A stretch of 39,706 nt of DNA from positions 1 through 39,706 of IMG/VR virus record IMGVR_UViG_3300035200_000103. The stretch is one strand, 5' to 3'. The DNA is from a virus. Lineage: Duplodnaviria > Caudoviricetes. The first letter of the stretch is position 1, and each line of letters starts with the position of its first letter. Positions 1-8,285 of this stretch are shown piece after piece. The translations under genes were made by a program, and so were the position numbers. Below the pieces are notes generated by a model that made no database searches, was not told where the DNA came from, and saw only the letters and a program-made list of their open reading frames with translations.

Positions 1-46
1 GAGGCAATCCGAGAATCCGAGCGCCGGCCGTCGCCGGAACGTCTCG

Positions 47-55
47 AGGGCCGCG
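47..55 (-). other. candidate 9-nt cohesive end (cos) CGCGGCCCT
   Basis: Minus strand TGCAT-CGCGGCCCT just after the last gene and a G/C hairpin (64-90); resembles CGC.G.CCT overhangs recalled for related actinophages. Confidence 0.4.
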
Positions 56-99
56 ATGCAGAAGGGGGGTATGCACCCGGGCATCCCCCCTCCCATCAT

Positions 100-354
100 C
101 TAACTACTGACTTCACGTGAAACTTTTCGATACAAACCATTTACATTATAGTGGACAATCTCATCAATAGCAAACTCTATAGCTAGAGACTGATCAGCTT
201 CAGACAACTCATCTGAAGTTACAGCAATTCGAGCAAGAAAGCTTGATGTGTGGTAGTTGTGAGCGATGTCCCAGGCATACCATTGATCCCACTGTTCAAA
301 AGGATCAAAAGGATTGTCAATTGTAGTAAGCATGTGTTGTTTCACCATTGACAT
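100..354 (-). CDS. phage hypothetical protein (LTTIDNPFDPF motif), directly downstream of the putative RNAP
   Basis: 84-aa ORF starting 2 nt after the RNAP stop; GGAGG upstream; start may be 348. Confidence 0.8.
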   Translation of the reverse strand: MSMVKQHMLTTIDNPFDPFEQWDQWYAWDIAHNYHTSSFLARIAVTSDELSEADQSLAIEFAIDEIVHYNVNGLYRKVSREVSS

Positions 355-356
355 TA

Positions 357-3060
357 TTAACCTCCTAATCCAGTCTTAAGCGTGGTCAATGAAACACCCA
401 ATGCAGATGCTATCTCAGCCTGCGTGTACCCACGGGCAGCCATGTTCTTAGCTCGGGTGAGCTTGGTAGGAGTCATAAGAATCGTCGATCTTGGTGTGGC
501 AAGCGAACGAACACGATCGCGATCTGCATTGCGAACAATCTCTTCAAGCATGTTGTTGCTAATAGCGCCAGCTTGAATCGCTTCCCACTCCTTATCTGTA
601 ATGTAAACTCTTTCTTTGTTTGCTCCTATTCGTTGCCTTGCTTCTTGCAGCGATCTGCCAGCAAGCTTTCTCTTGTCATCTTTATCAAGACCGGGGTTCG
701 CTTGAACCTTAGCTCGGTAGATTTGATTTGACAGGAGGGTGGCTTGTCTTTCGAGGGGGGCGTTCTTATGGGCATTGTTCAGCTTGGCCGTAAGACTTGC
801 TACCTCTTGAGCATAAACCTTTTTGGCACTGGGGGAATACGGAGTGTTCTTTACCCCCAGGTACTCTTTACGTGCTTGATTGGCCAACGCTTTCATCCTG
901 TTAGAATGGTTGGCGTAAATCTTCTCCATCTCAGTACCGGAAGAAAGTTTGTTAGCGTCATCAACAACCGAAAGCTTATCAACCTTAGTCTTAGCTAGCT
1001 CAGTCTCTCCAGCTTTGTTTCTCTTAAGACGCCCGGTCTCTTCCCATACCAGCTTCCCCGTTTTTGGATCAATGGGGCCACCTTGACTAGCACGCCTGAG
1101 TCTACGTTCAGGAATGTATTGATCTGAACGAGCTCTAGAAATCAGCGTAGAAGCACCACCCCGCTGATACTTTGCTTTTAATGCTGGGATACCATTATCA
1201 ACAGCAGACCTTCTATAGTCAAGACCATGCTTTTCAGCATCGATAACCACCATCGAATGCTTTACTGCACGAGCAAGTTCATCTTGGTTAGCACCCATGA
1301 TGGTCATGTCGGTAATCAAGTTGGAAATAGAACCCATCTGTTGCTGGGTGCCCAACTTAGTCATTCGTTTAATTGGCGAACCTTCTGGAATCTTATACAT
1401 TGCGCGAGGATCAAAATTTTCCAAAGCTTTTAGAGAAGGAGAAGTTTTAATTTGTCCGCGCCCGTTTGGAATAATAAGCACGTGGTCGCCATCAAAGTCA
1501 GCACCAGAAAGACGCTCAGCCACTTTTCTGTTAATACCTATAGCATCGGGGAAACGCATTTCTCCTGTAACAGAATCAACTCGTCCTCGGCCAATCATGG
1601 CTTTAGCTTCCCGGTTGCGGTTATTAACAGTAAGTTCCGGGATTTCAAATGTTCCACCATGCGGGTGACGAACAAGAGCAACACGATCGCCATCATTAAA
1701 ACCAGGAGCATAAACCTCAGTTGGTTTAAGAGAATTGACCGGAAGAATTACAGAAGCCGTTGTTCTTGGGAACGATGCCGCTTTAAGATGCACAGCTGCT
1801 GAATCTGAGTTATCAGCAAAAGTCTGAAGCATTTGACGCTTTATTACAGGGTTAGTAATAGATTTAATCTCTGCAAAATCGTCAATGCTTTTCAAATATG
1901 TTTCTTTAAGTTGTTGCTCCGCAAGCGTGGTGTTCTGCTTTGAAAGAAACTGTGACGAGAAATCGGCAGACCATTTATCCCAGTCGCCTTCTTCATTGAC
2001 AATATTCATTACCCGAGACTCGTTTTGTTTCTTAATAGAAGAAGTAAACGGGTTATCTGGGTCGTCACTCATCTTCTTCAAAGAATCAAGTTTATTATCC
2101 ATTTTCGGCTTGCTCGTATTAAATACAAGGTCGACACCATCTGGGAGATCGTCCTTGTAAACGGCCATGCCTTTAATATAGTGCGTGCCATCAACGGCAA
2201 TTCGAACCTGAGCATATCTCGAGCCACCGAGAGACAAATCATCAACGCCCGGTCTAATATATATCACACCATCAGCTTCAGCTCCGCCTTTTGTATAATT
2301 TCCTTTTGCATCCTGTTCGGCCCAGTTAACGGCAAGTCTACTCGAGTCGATAGATGTTGGCGGGGATGGTTTCTCAAAAGTTCTTCCGTGATCTTCTGAA
2401 AACGAACTAATGTTCTTAATACTATCCTTTTTAAGAAATACATCTTTTTGTGTTGTCCCTGGAGGAGCAAGCACTTTAATTTCGGTTTTTTCTCCAGTTC
2501 CTAACTGGAGCTCTTTTACGTTGTGAACCTCGTAGCCCTCGGATTTAAGAATATCAACAGCAGCTCGCAGTTTAGTACTAGCTACGCCGAGATGATTTTC
2601 AACACCTTTTCCGACCTGAATATAGTTTTCGTTGCCGACCTCATCACGAAGCATGTCAGCAACATTTTTAATGATGGTCGTCTTTTCCAACTGACCCGGA
2701 GCGAGAAGTTTGCGAACCGCTCCTTCTGATATCCCTAATCTTTTTCCAATCTCAACATTGGAATAACCATGTTCGGAAAGCTTCATGGCTTGTCCAATAT
2801 TTGAAGCCTTTATTTCGGCGTTAGCGATTGACTTGTTTGATCGAAGCTCGCTAACAGACATACCAAAACCTCGTGCTACATCAGCCTCAGATACGCCTCG
2901 CGAAAAGAGCTCTTTGACCATATCAATAAATGTTCGGCTGCGCTGAACCGAGTTATCGCCAGAACCCCATGGGTAAATAGCGACCCGAGCGACGTAAAAT
3001 TCCATAATGCATAAGTGCTTGATCTTCATCAAGAACACAACTAAAGTCGTTCGTAGTCAT
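357..3060 (-). CDS. putative single-subunit two-barrel RNA polymerase (QDE-1/YonO-like) with N- and C-terminal HTH domains; frameshift near 2976
   Basis: Ordered motifs ADG..YAQVRI..IKG..NTSK, LSKQ, EVY..VRHP, SGADFDGD (DFDGD 1485-1499), MGSISN..VIDAEKHG; HTHs GYSNVEIGKRLGISEGAVR and GYTQAEIASALGVS; main frame 357-3038, likely start ATG 3060 in another frame. Confidence 0.8.
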
Positions 3061-3123
3061 GGGCCTCACCGCCTCTCAAGTCATTGATAAAAGCATGCCC
3101 GTTCTTGAAGACGAACTGATGTT

Positions 3124-3684
3124 TTACAATATCGCTCCTGCTTTGATGGCGTCGATTCTTTTATCGAAAGTTACTATTCGATCCATAATATGAGAAACGG
3201 TATCTGGATCTCCATCATAGATTCGAACCTCATCGCTTTGGTAGATGCGAAGTTCTGTTCGAAACTCGAATGGTTTGAATCCGTATTCCAAACAAAACAG
3301 CGCCGCATAAATCTCAAGCTGATGAACAGAACCATCAACTTCACCAGTCTTGAGATCGTGTATCCTAAGAAGACCTCGTCTGAAAGATATACAGTCACAA
3401 GTACCAAAAGCATTTTCTGTATAATACAGAATTTGCTCGGGCGTCATTCGATAGCCTATTGCATCATTCACATAAGAGTTTAAAGTAGAAGGAGTCTTTG
3501 GAAGTTTGATCCCAAGACGAATTGCTTCATGCGCAAAAGAATGAAGCTCAACACCACGCCTTGCCGCGAGCTGCGCCAAATATACGCGATCAAGTTTGTC
3601 TTCGGAATAGTTGATCCAGTGATACTTCGAAGCACTAAGAAAAGCGTGCTGACCTTTAAGGCGCAAATGCGAATTGAAGTTCAC
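3124..3684 (-). CDS. PD-(D/E)XK-type nuclease-like protein
   Basis: GTCD..IHDLKTG..QLEIYA motifs; GTG at 3684 with GAGGAAG RBS. Confidence 0.65.
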   Translation of the reverse strand: MNFNSHLRLKGQHAFLSASKYHWINYSEDKLDRVYLAQLAARRGVELHSFAHEAIRLGIKLPKTPSTLNSYVNDAIGYRMTPEQILYYTENAFGTCDCISFRRGLLRIHDLKTGEVDGSVHQLEIYAALFCLEYGFKPFEFRTELRIYQSDEVRIYDGDPDTVSHIMDRIVTFDKRIDAIKAGAIL

Positions 3685-3946
3685 GCAGCACTTCCTCTTC
3701 GTTTTCAGGATAGATAAATGACGCAAAAGAGAACTCGTCAAGAACGCGAATATAGTAATCCTGATTTGGACTAGACCGAGATCTGCCAGAAGGTTTCACT
3801 TCTAACATAGCCCAACATCGCCCCCAAAGAACGAGAAGGTCCGGAATCCCTTGAATATATGAACTGTCGTTCTTCAGGATTAGACACCCAGGAAACATCC
3901 CTTCGATTCTCTCAATGAGATATCGTTGGTACTGGGCTTCACGCAT
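3656..3946 (-). CDS. VRR-NUC domain nuclease
   Basis: E..Q, GIPDL, LEVK, PNQ motifs; ATG 3946 after AAGGAGG. Confidence 0.8.
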   Translation of the reverse strand: MREAQYQRYLIERIEGMFPGCLILKNDSSYIQGIPDLLVLWGRCWAMLEVKPSGRSRSSPNQDYYIRVLDEFSFASFIYPENEEEVLRELQFAFAP

Positions 3947-4015
3947 TGACGGCCCTCCTTTCAAAAAAAAATCAAAAGCCATGTAAGGGTTGACGCTTGG
4001 TCTACCCTTATCTAT

Positions 4016-4042
4016 TCATTATAAACGATGTTTACCTAACGA
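4016..4042 (-). promoter_or_regulatory. phage promoter-like motif copy (degenerate); upstream of VRR-NUC/nuclease/RNAP genes
   Basis: TCG-N8-ACA-N5-TATAATGA, same 27-nt spacing as other copies. Confidence 0.65.
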
Positions 4043-4404
4043 TCCCTTATAATGTTTTCTTGAATCTTAAGCAAACGAGGATATGCGTCTTCTTTTGCAT
4101 GCTGATAAACAAGCCACAACGGACTCCAGGCTAGATTATCTACACTATTATTCCAGTTATGACCGTCAATATGCATGACAGCATTAAAATGTTCATATGG
4201 TTGTGGAATAAAGGTTCTAGCTACAAGTAGCCCAAGAGCCCTCACGCATAGTGTTCCGTTTTCGTTGTATAGGGAAACGTAGACATTTCCACCCGCACTT
4301 TCATGAGGTCGCAAAATATAACCAGTCTTCAAATTCATTACTCGCCCCTCACGGTTGACACCGTACTTGGGGAAGCCATCGATTGAAACAAAATCATCGC
4401 TCAT
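4036..4404 (-). CDS. NUMOD4-HNH endonuclease-like protein
   Basis: IDGFPKYGVNREGRV N-terminus; HIDGHNWNNSVDNLAW; AAGGAG before ATG 4404. Confidence 0.75.
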   Translation of the reverse strand: MSDDFVSIDGFPKYGVNREGRVMNLKTGYILRPHESAGGNVYVSLYNENGTLCVRALGLLVARTFIPQPYEHFNAVMHIDGHNWNNSVDNLAWSPLWLVYQHAKEDAYPRLLKIQENIIRDR

Positions 4405-4472
4405 TGTCTTCTCCTTAATACCAATCATGCAAATGAAACAAGACTCTCTCAGAGAGTGAAAAACTGTCTTGA

Positions 4473-4597
4473 CGGAAAAACGGAAAAAATTTTTGAAAAA
4501 CTTTCTAGAATAGAAATTCTCTTATGGTCGTTTGCGTACACTTACTTTTTTTTTTCTGGAAACTTTTAAGAAGTATGTAATTTTTTCCGTTTTTCCG
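4473..4597. repeat. perfect 19-bp inverted repeat around AT-rich spacer; candidate replication origin
   Basis: cggaaaaacggaaaaaatt (4473-4491) / aattttttccgtttttccg (4579-4597) in a non-coding gap. Confidence 0.6.
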
Positions 4598-4667
4598 GCG
4601 ACATAACACAAAACTGTCCTAATTTGTCTGACTAGTACACATTTTCTGTTCAAGGTTATGTTACACG

Positions 4668-5831
4668 CTAAATTTTGAAAAGGCTTACATTAAAGTCACG
4701 TTTTGTACGTAGAGCCTTCCAGATTGCAAGATCCAAACCGCCTTTCGAGAAAAATACGTAAAAAAATCCCGTCTCGAACGGTGAGTTTAAACGGTCAATT
4801 CGACCTTTCGCTTGTTTGAACATCTTGTAAGAATATGTCAGCGAGTAAAACAAAATGACGTTCGTTTCGACACAGTTCCAACTTTCACTACCTGATGCAT
4901 ATTGCACTAAGTAAACCCATCGATCTGTGTCTGGAATTGGTTCGTGTTTGTGGCCGTTCCACTCACCGACCGCCACTTCTTTTTGTAGCTCTCGCAAAAT
5001 GTCTAACTCATAGTCAAAGTTGTAAAATATGATGATACGATCATGGGTCTCCAACAACTTCTTTGTTTCTGATAATCTACTAGGATCTGAATTTAAAACT
5101 TTTCTTAGATTATAAAAGAGGTCGCTTACGTTCTTAATTGGTTCTTCTTTGAATGGGTTCCAGCGGTGCCGAAGAACTTTACGATACAGATCCTCATCGT
5201 GCGGAACCGTTACGAGCTCCTCTACAAAATCCATATGTGATTTGTATGGCATATGGACAAGTACCTGGTTTCTAAGTCTTCTCAGTTTTGCTTCCCCGAG
5301 ATATCTCTCGACTTTCGGGTATTTGCTCCAAGAGCTGTAAACAACGTGCTCTCTTAAAAACTCAGTGCGATTTTTATAAAAACCATTCGCAAGAAAGACT
5401 GGAATATAATCGAGCCACGTATCGCCAGGCGTAGCACTAAGAAGAACCCAGCGGTTATTCTTTACAATTTTGAGGAACGATTTAACCCAAGCCCCAGAAC
5501 CAACAAGTCTTTGTTCATCGAACACGAACCAAGCATTCTCAACATCAACATATTTTCCAATGTTGTTCCACGAATCTACCTTGAGAATGCCAGCAACGGT
5601 TGCGTCTTTCTTTTTTCCGATTCCGAATGCGGCAGCCTCACCCTCCCAATCAAGGCTGTCTCGTTTCTTTGCTGTGGTAATAATATAAAGGTTTCGGGGT
5701 GCCTCCTTCCTCATGTAATAAGCCAAAGCCGTACGAGACTTTCCTGAGCCGACGCCGCCCCAAAGAACCTTTCCATTACTTAACTCTTTTACGGCATCTT
5801 CTTGATGAGGGTACAAAGGAGGTCGAGTCAT
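4668..5831 (-). CDS. SF2 (SNF2-like) DNA helicase
   Basis: LYPHQ, GGVGSGKS, FDEQ, SATP, QAKGRIDR motifs; likely start ATG 5831. Confidence 0.88.
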   Translation of the reverse strand: MTRPPLYPHQEDAVKELSNGKVLWGGVGSGKSRTALAYYMRKEAPRNLYIITTAKKRDSLDWEGEAAAFGIGKKKDATVAGILKVDSWNNIGKYVDVENAWFVFDEQRLVGSGAWVKSFLKIVKNNRWVLLSATPGDTWLDYIPVFLANGFYKNRTEFLREHVVYSSWSKYPKVERYLGEAKLRRLRNQVLVHMPYKSHMDFVEELVTVPHDEDLYRKVLRHRWNPFKEEPIKNVSDLFYNLRKVLNSDPSRLSETKKLLETHDRIIIFYNFDYELDILRELQKEVAVGEWNGHKHEPIPDTDRWVYLVQYASGSESWNCVETNVILFYSLTYSYKMFKQAKGRIDRLNSPFETGFFYVFFSKGGLDLAIWKALRTKRDFNVSLFKI

Positions 5832-5894
5832 AAACGTTTCCCCAAAAGATTTTGAGTTGAAAAACAAAAATTTATATAAATGGTATGAAAAAAC

Positions 5895-5928
5895 AAAACT
5901 GAAATGCCACGTAGGACATCTCAGTTTT
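5895..5928 (-). terminator. intrinsic terminator-like hairpin
   Basis: AAAACUGAGAUGUC-CUACGU-GGCAUUUCAGUUUU then GUUUUUU. Confidence 0.65.
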
Positions 5929-5937
5929 TCATCAACG

Positions 5938-6219
5938 TCAGTCCTCAACTTCCGAGAGACATTCCTCGACAGTTTCGAGCAGTTCGAGCACGGTATTGCT
6001 CATTTTCACAAGCGTGATCAAGCCCGTGTTCTGGTCGACGTGTATGAGCGTGAACAAGAAGACGTTGATGCCGTTGGCCACGTCCACTTTCGAGGCCTTC
6101 ACGACATAGTTCGTTCGTCCCCACCACTTCACTTGCGTGGGGTGATGTCTGCGGACCTCTCCCGTATCGGGAGACATGGACAAGATCATCTTCTCTCCGT
6201 GAAACACCGTGCCTGCCAT
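5938..6219 (-). CDS. hypothetical protein, paralog of 6281-6562
   Basis: AAAGGA RBS; shares TGEVRR..W.RTNY motif. Confidence 0.75.
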   Translation of the reverse strand: MAGTVFHGEKMILSMSPDTGEVRRHHPTQVKWWGRTNYVVKASKVDVANGINVFLFTLIHVDQNTGLITLVKMSNTVLELLETVEECLSEVED

Positions 6220-6280
6220 GTCATATTCCTTTCATGATAGTTGGACATGAGCAAGAACCCTCGTTAAAGGGCTTTGGTTG

Positions 6281-6562
6281 TCACGCACGTTGGTCCGCAA
6301 CGTCCGTAAGGCGGTTTGCAACGTTGTTGAGCAATTTACGCATAGTCTTGGACGTCTCCAAAAGCTCGATTTCCTTGGTAGTTGGCTCAATGTGTACAAG
6401 GACGTACGCAATAACATGGAGCTTTTCGGAAATATAGAGCTCGGTATCCACCACAAAATAGTTCGTCCGCTCCCACTGCTTATTGTGATACCTGCGGACC
6501 TCTCCCGTCGCGAGGGATATATGCAAAATAATTTCCTCTCGACGAAGCTCTGCGAATTCCAC
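6281..6562 (-). CDS. hypothetical protein, paralog of 5938-6219
   Basis: GTG start after AAAGGA and promoter motif; TGEVRR..WERTNY. Confidence 0.75.
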   Translation of the reverse strand: MEFAELRREEIILHISLATGEVRRYHNKQWERTNYFVVDTELYISEKLHVIAYVLVHIEPTTKEIELLETSKTMRKLLNNVANRLTDVADQRA

Positions 6563-6578
6563 GTTGCATTCCTTTCTG

Positions 6579-6605
6579 TCATCATAGACAATATAAATTA
6601 CGCGA
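6579..6605 (-). promoter_or_regulatory. phage promoter-like motif copy (degenerate)
   Basis: TCG-N8-ATA-N5-TATGATGA abutting the upstream hairpin's U-tract. Confidence 0.6.
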
Positions 6606-6610
6606 GAAAA

Positions 6611-6641
6611 AACTGAAGCCCCGTGTTAGGGGGCTTCAGTT
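6611..6641 (-). terminator. cassette-closing hairpin
   Basis: aactgaagcccc-gtgttag-ggggcttcagtt with minus-strand U-tract. Confidence 0.8.
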
Positions 6642-6823
6642 CAGATCTCCATCTTCTGAATTGCTTCGCCTAGGTTTCTGAGCGCATTGTTTGTGCGCTC
6701 CTTGGTGGTGTCAACTTCTGCCTTTGCTTCTTGAAGGCCCTTCCACAAGATAATACTTGTGGACAGGCTCGCAAACAAAGCAGCAGTTGACACTACCAGG
6801 GTCGCAACTTGCACTTTTTCCAT
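6641..6823 (-). CDS. small membrane protein (cassette gene, 60 aa)
   Basis: ATG 6823 after GAAAGGAAG; N-terminal hydrophobic helix then coiled coil. Confidence 0.75.
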   Translation of the reverse strand: MEKVQVATLVVSTAALFASLSTSIILWKGLQEAKAEVDTTKERTNNALRNLGEAIQKMEI

Positions 6824-6832
6824 GGCGTTCTT

Positions 6833-6875
6833 CCTTTCGTAGGGGGTCTCATTATAGACCATGTAAATGGTACGA
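6833..6875 (-). promoter_or_regulatory. phage promoter-like motif plus conserved leader/RBS
   Basis: TCGTACCATTTACATGGTCTATAATGAGACCCCCTACGAAAGG. Confidence 0.85.
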
Positions 6876-6958
6876 AAGGGCGCCTTTACTAATATCGGCG
6901 GTCATTTAAGATTTCCATCCGGTATGGTCATCAACGCCATAGGAAATCCCCGTTTCGT

Positions 6959-7144
6959 TTATGTTTCCTTATCCCTACGCACCATTAGAGCCAATATGCA
7001 GAAAGCCAGACCAATATCGATCACAAGTCCCTCACCACCACCGGTGGCCGAGAGAAGAAAACCAAGAAAGAGCGTGAACAACCCTAATAATGACAAACCA
7101 ACAGATAACATTTTACCGTTACTTTCCTTATCCACACGCACCAT
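6959..7144 (-). CDS. small two-TM membrane protein
   Basis: TAATG coupling at 7142-7146; two hydrophobic segments; bounded by 38-bp direct repeat. Confidence 0.6.
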   Translation of the reverse strand: MVRVDKESNGKMLSVGLSLLGLFTLFLGFLLSATGGGEGLVIDIGLAFCILALMVRRDKET

Positions 7145-7422
7145 TAGAGCCAATATGCAGGGCACTTCATTTCAGCATAGACTTTTTCTATGTGCGTCTT
7201 TTGATCCTGCATCTTTAGGAAAAGCTTGTCAATCTCGATTTCTGCGTCAAGAGTAACAAGTGGGTGCTTTCCAACCAAAGCAAGAGCCTGGAACAAGACA
7301 GCGATAGGGCCATCGTTGTTCTTGAAGTCCTCGCTTTGGAGCTTGTCGAGTTCTTGCACCAACATCAAGGCTTGACGAGATGCGGCGAACAATCTCTTGG
7401 TCGGTTCGACATCCTGTGACAT
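7144..7422 (-). CDS. hypothetical protein
   Basis: 92-aa ORF in operon orientation. Confidence 0.65.
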   Translation of the reverse strand: MSQDVEPTKRLFAASRQALMLVQELDKLQSEDFKNNDGPIAVLFQALALVGKHPLVTLDAEIEIDKLFLKMQDQKTHIEKVYAEMKCPAYWL

Positions 7423-7457
7423 ATTATACTTCTTTCTTGGCTGGGAAGGATGTATTT

Positions 7458-7736
7458 TTACCAGTCAAACGGAATAAAACTGCTGAAGAAAGCCTTACTT
7501 GTGTAGACCTTGAACCCACGACCAGCGAAAAGAATCCAGTCGCCGACAAACGCTCGAGTCTGGCGCGTCGTAAGAGGGCGGTGGACCTTTACCTTGATGA
7601 ACGGAACGTTGTCGCCGGTAAGACGAATCTCTCCATCGCACCAATCGGCTACGTCGTTGATGTTTTCCTTCGTGACCTGAACAGCCTCAACCTCGAACGT
7701 CTTACGGCTGTAGACCTTGGTCTCTACGTGACCCAT
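7458..7736 (-). CDS. phage hypothetical protein (RK.F.VEAVQVT motif)
   Basis: ATG 7736 after GGGAG; motif recalled from this phage group. Confidence 0.75.
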   Translation of the reverse strand: MGHVETKVYSRKTFEVEAVQVTKENINDVADWCDGEIRLTGDNVPFIKVKVHRPLTTRQTRAFVGDWILFAGRGFKVYTSKAFFSSFIPFDW

Positions 7737-7780
7737 GTTTTCTCCCGTGTTTTTGTTGGTCGATAGGGGCAAGGCAATTA

Positions 7781-8281
7781 TCAGTTGCTTTCCGGATCTT
7801 CTCGCTGGGCATACTTCAACTCGAGGGCATCTTCGTTGATTGTGACAAACATCGTCTGAAGATATGCTTTGACTCCGGAGTTCCCACTGACGGTCCATTC
7901 ATAAGGCCTGATAATCAGATCGACCTTACGAATATCGGCCCAGTCAAGAAGCTCGACATCCTCTTCTCTGAGAGGGGTCCGCCCATTGGATGTGAGCATG
8001 ATGATGCGAGGAGGACGAACCTCACGTCCACCACGCCCACGGTATTTGACTGAAACCTTGAGATATGCCTGAGGCGGATCGCCTTCTTCTCGCGGCGTTA
8101 GGTATTTGACCCGGTAACCGCATCGCTCGAGATTGACGGCAGCAGCATCATCGAGAAGGACGGAGAAGTTACGGTCTCCTTCGGCGTTATACATTCCCTC
8201 TTTACCAGAGAAATTTTTGAAGATGATGCGGACATCTTCCATCACAACAACTTCTTCACAACTAGCATCCATTTTTGTCAC
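7781..8281 (-). CDS. putative single-stranded DNA-binding protein
   Basis: Directly after polymerase; IIFKNFSG..RNF..PYEW..KAYL pattern; acidic C-terminus. Confidence 0.65.
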   Translation of the reverse strand: MTKMDASCEEVVVMEDVRIIFKNFSGKEGMYNAEGDRNFSVLLDDAAAVNLERCGYRVKYLTPREEGDPPQAYLKVSVKYRGRGGREVRPPRIIMLTSNGRTPLREEDVELLDWADIRKVDLIIRPYEWTVSGNSGVKAYLQTMFVTINEDALELKYAQREDPESN

Positions 8282-8285
8282 TCCT

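Noticed and set aside
22-30. cgccggccg as the cohesive end
   Set aside because: Similar GC-rich 9-mer, but orientation and context fit less well than 47-55
3124-3684. Cas4 of a CRISPR system
   Set aside because: Lacks the four-Cys Fe-S pattern and any cas context; generic PD-(D/E)XK nuclease is sufficient
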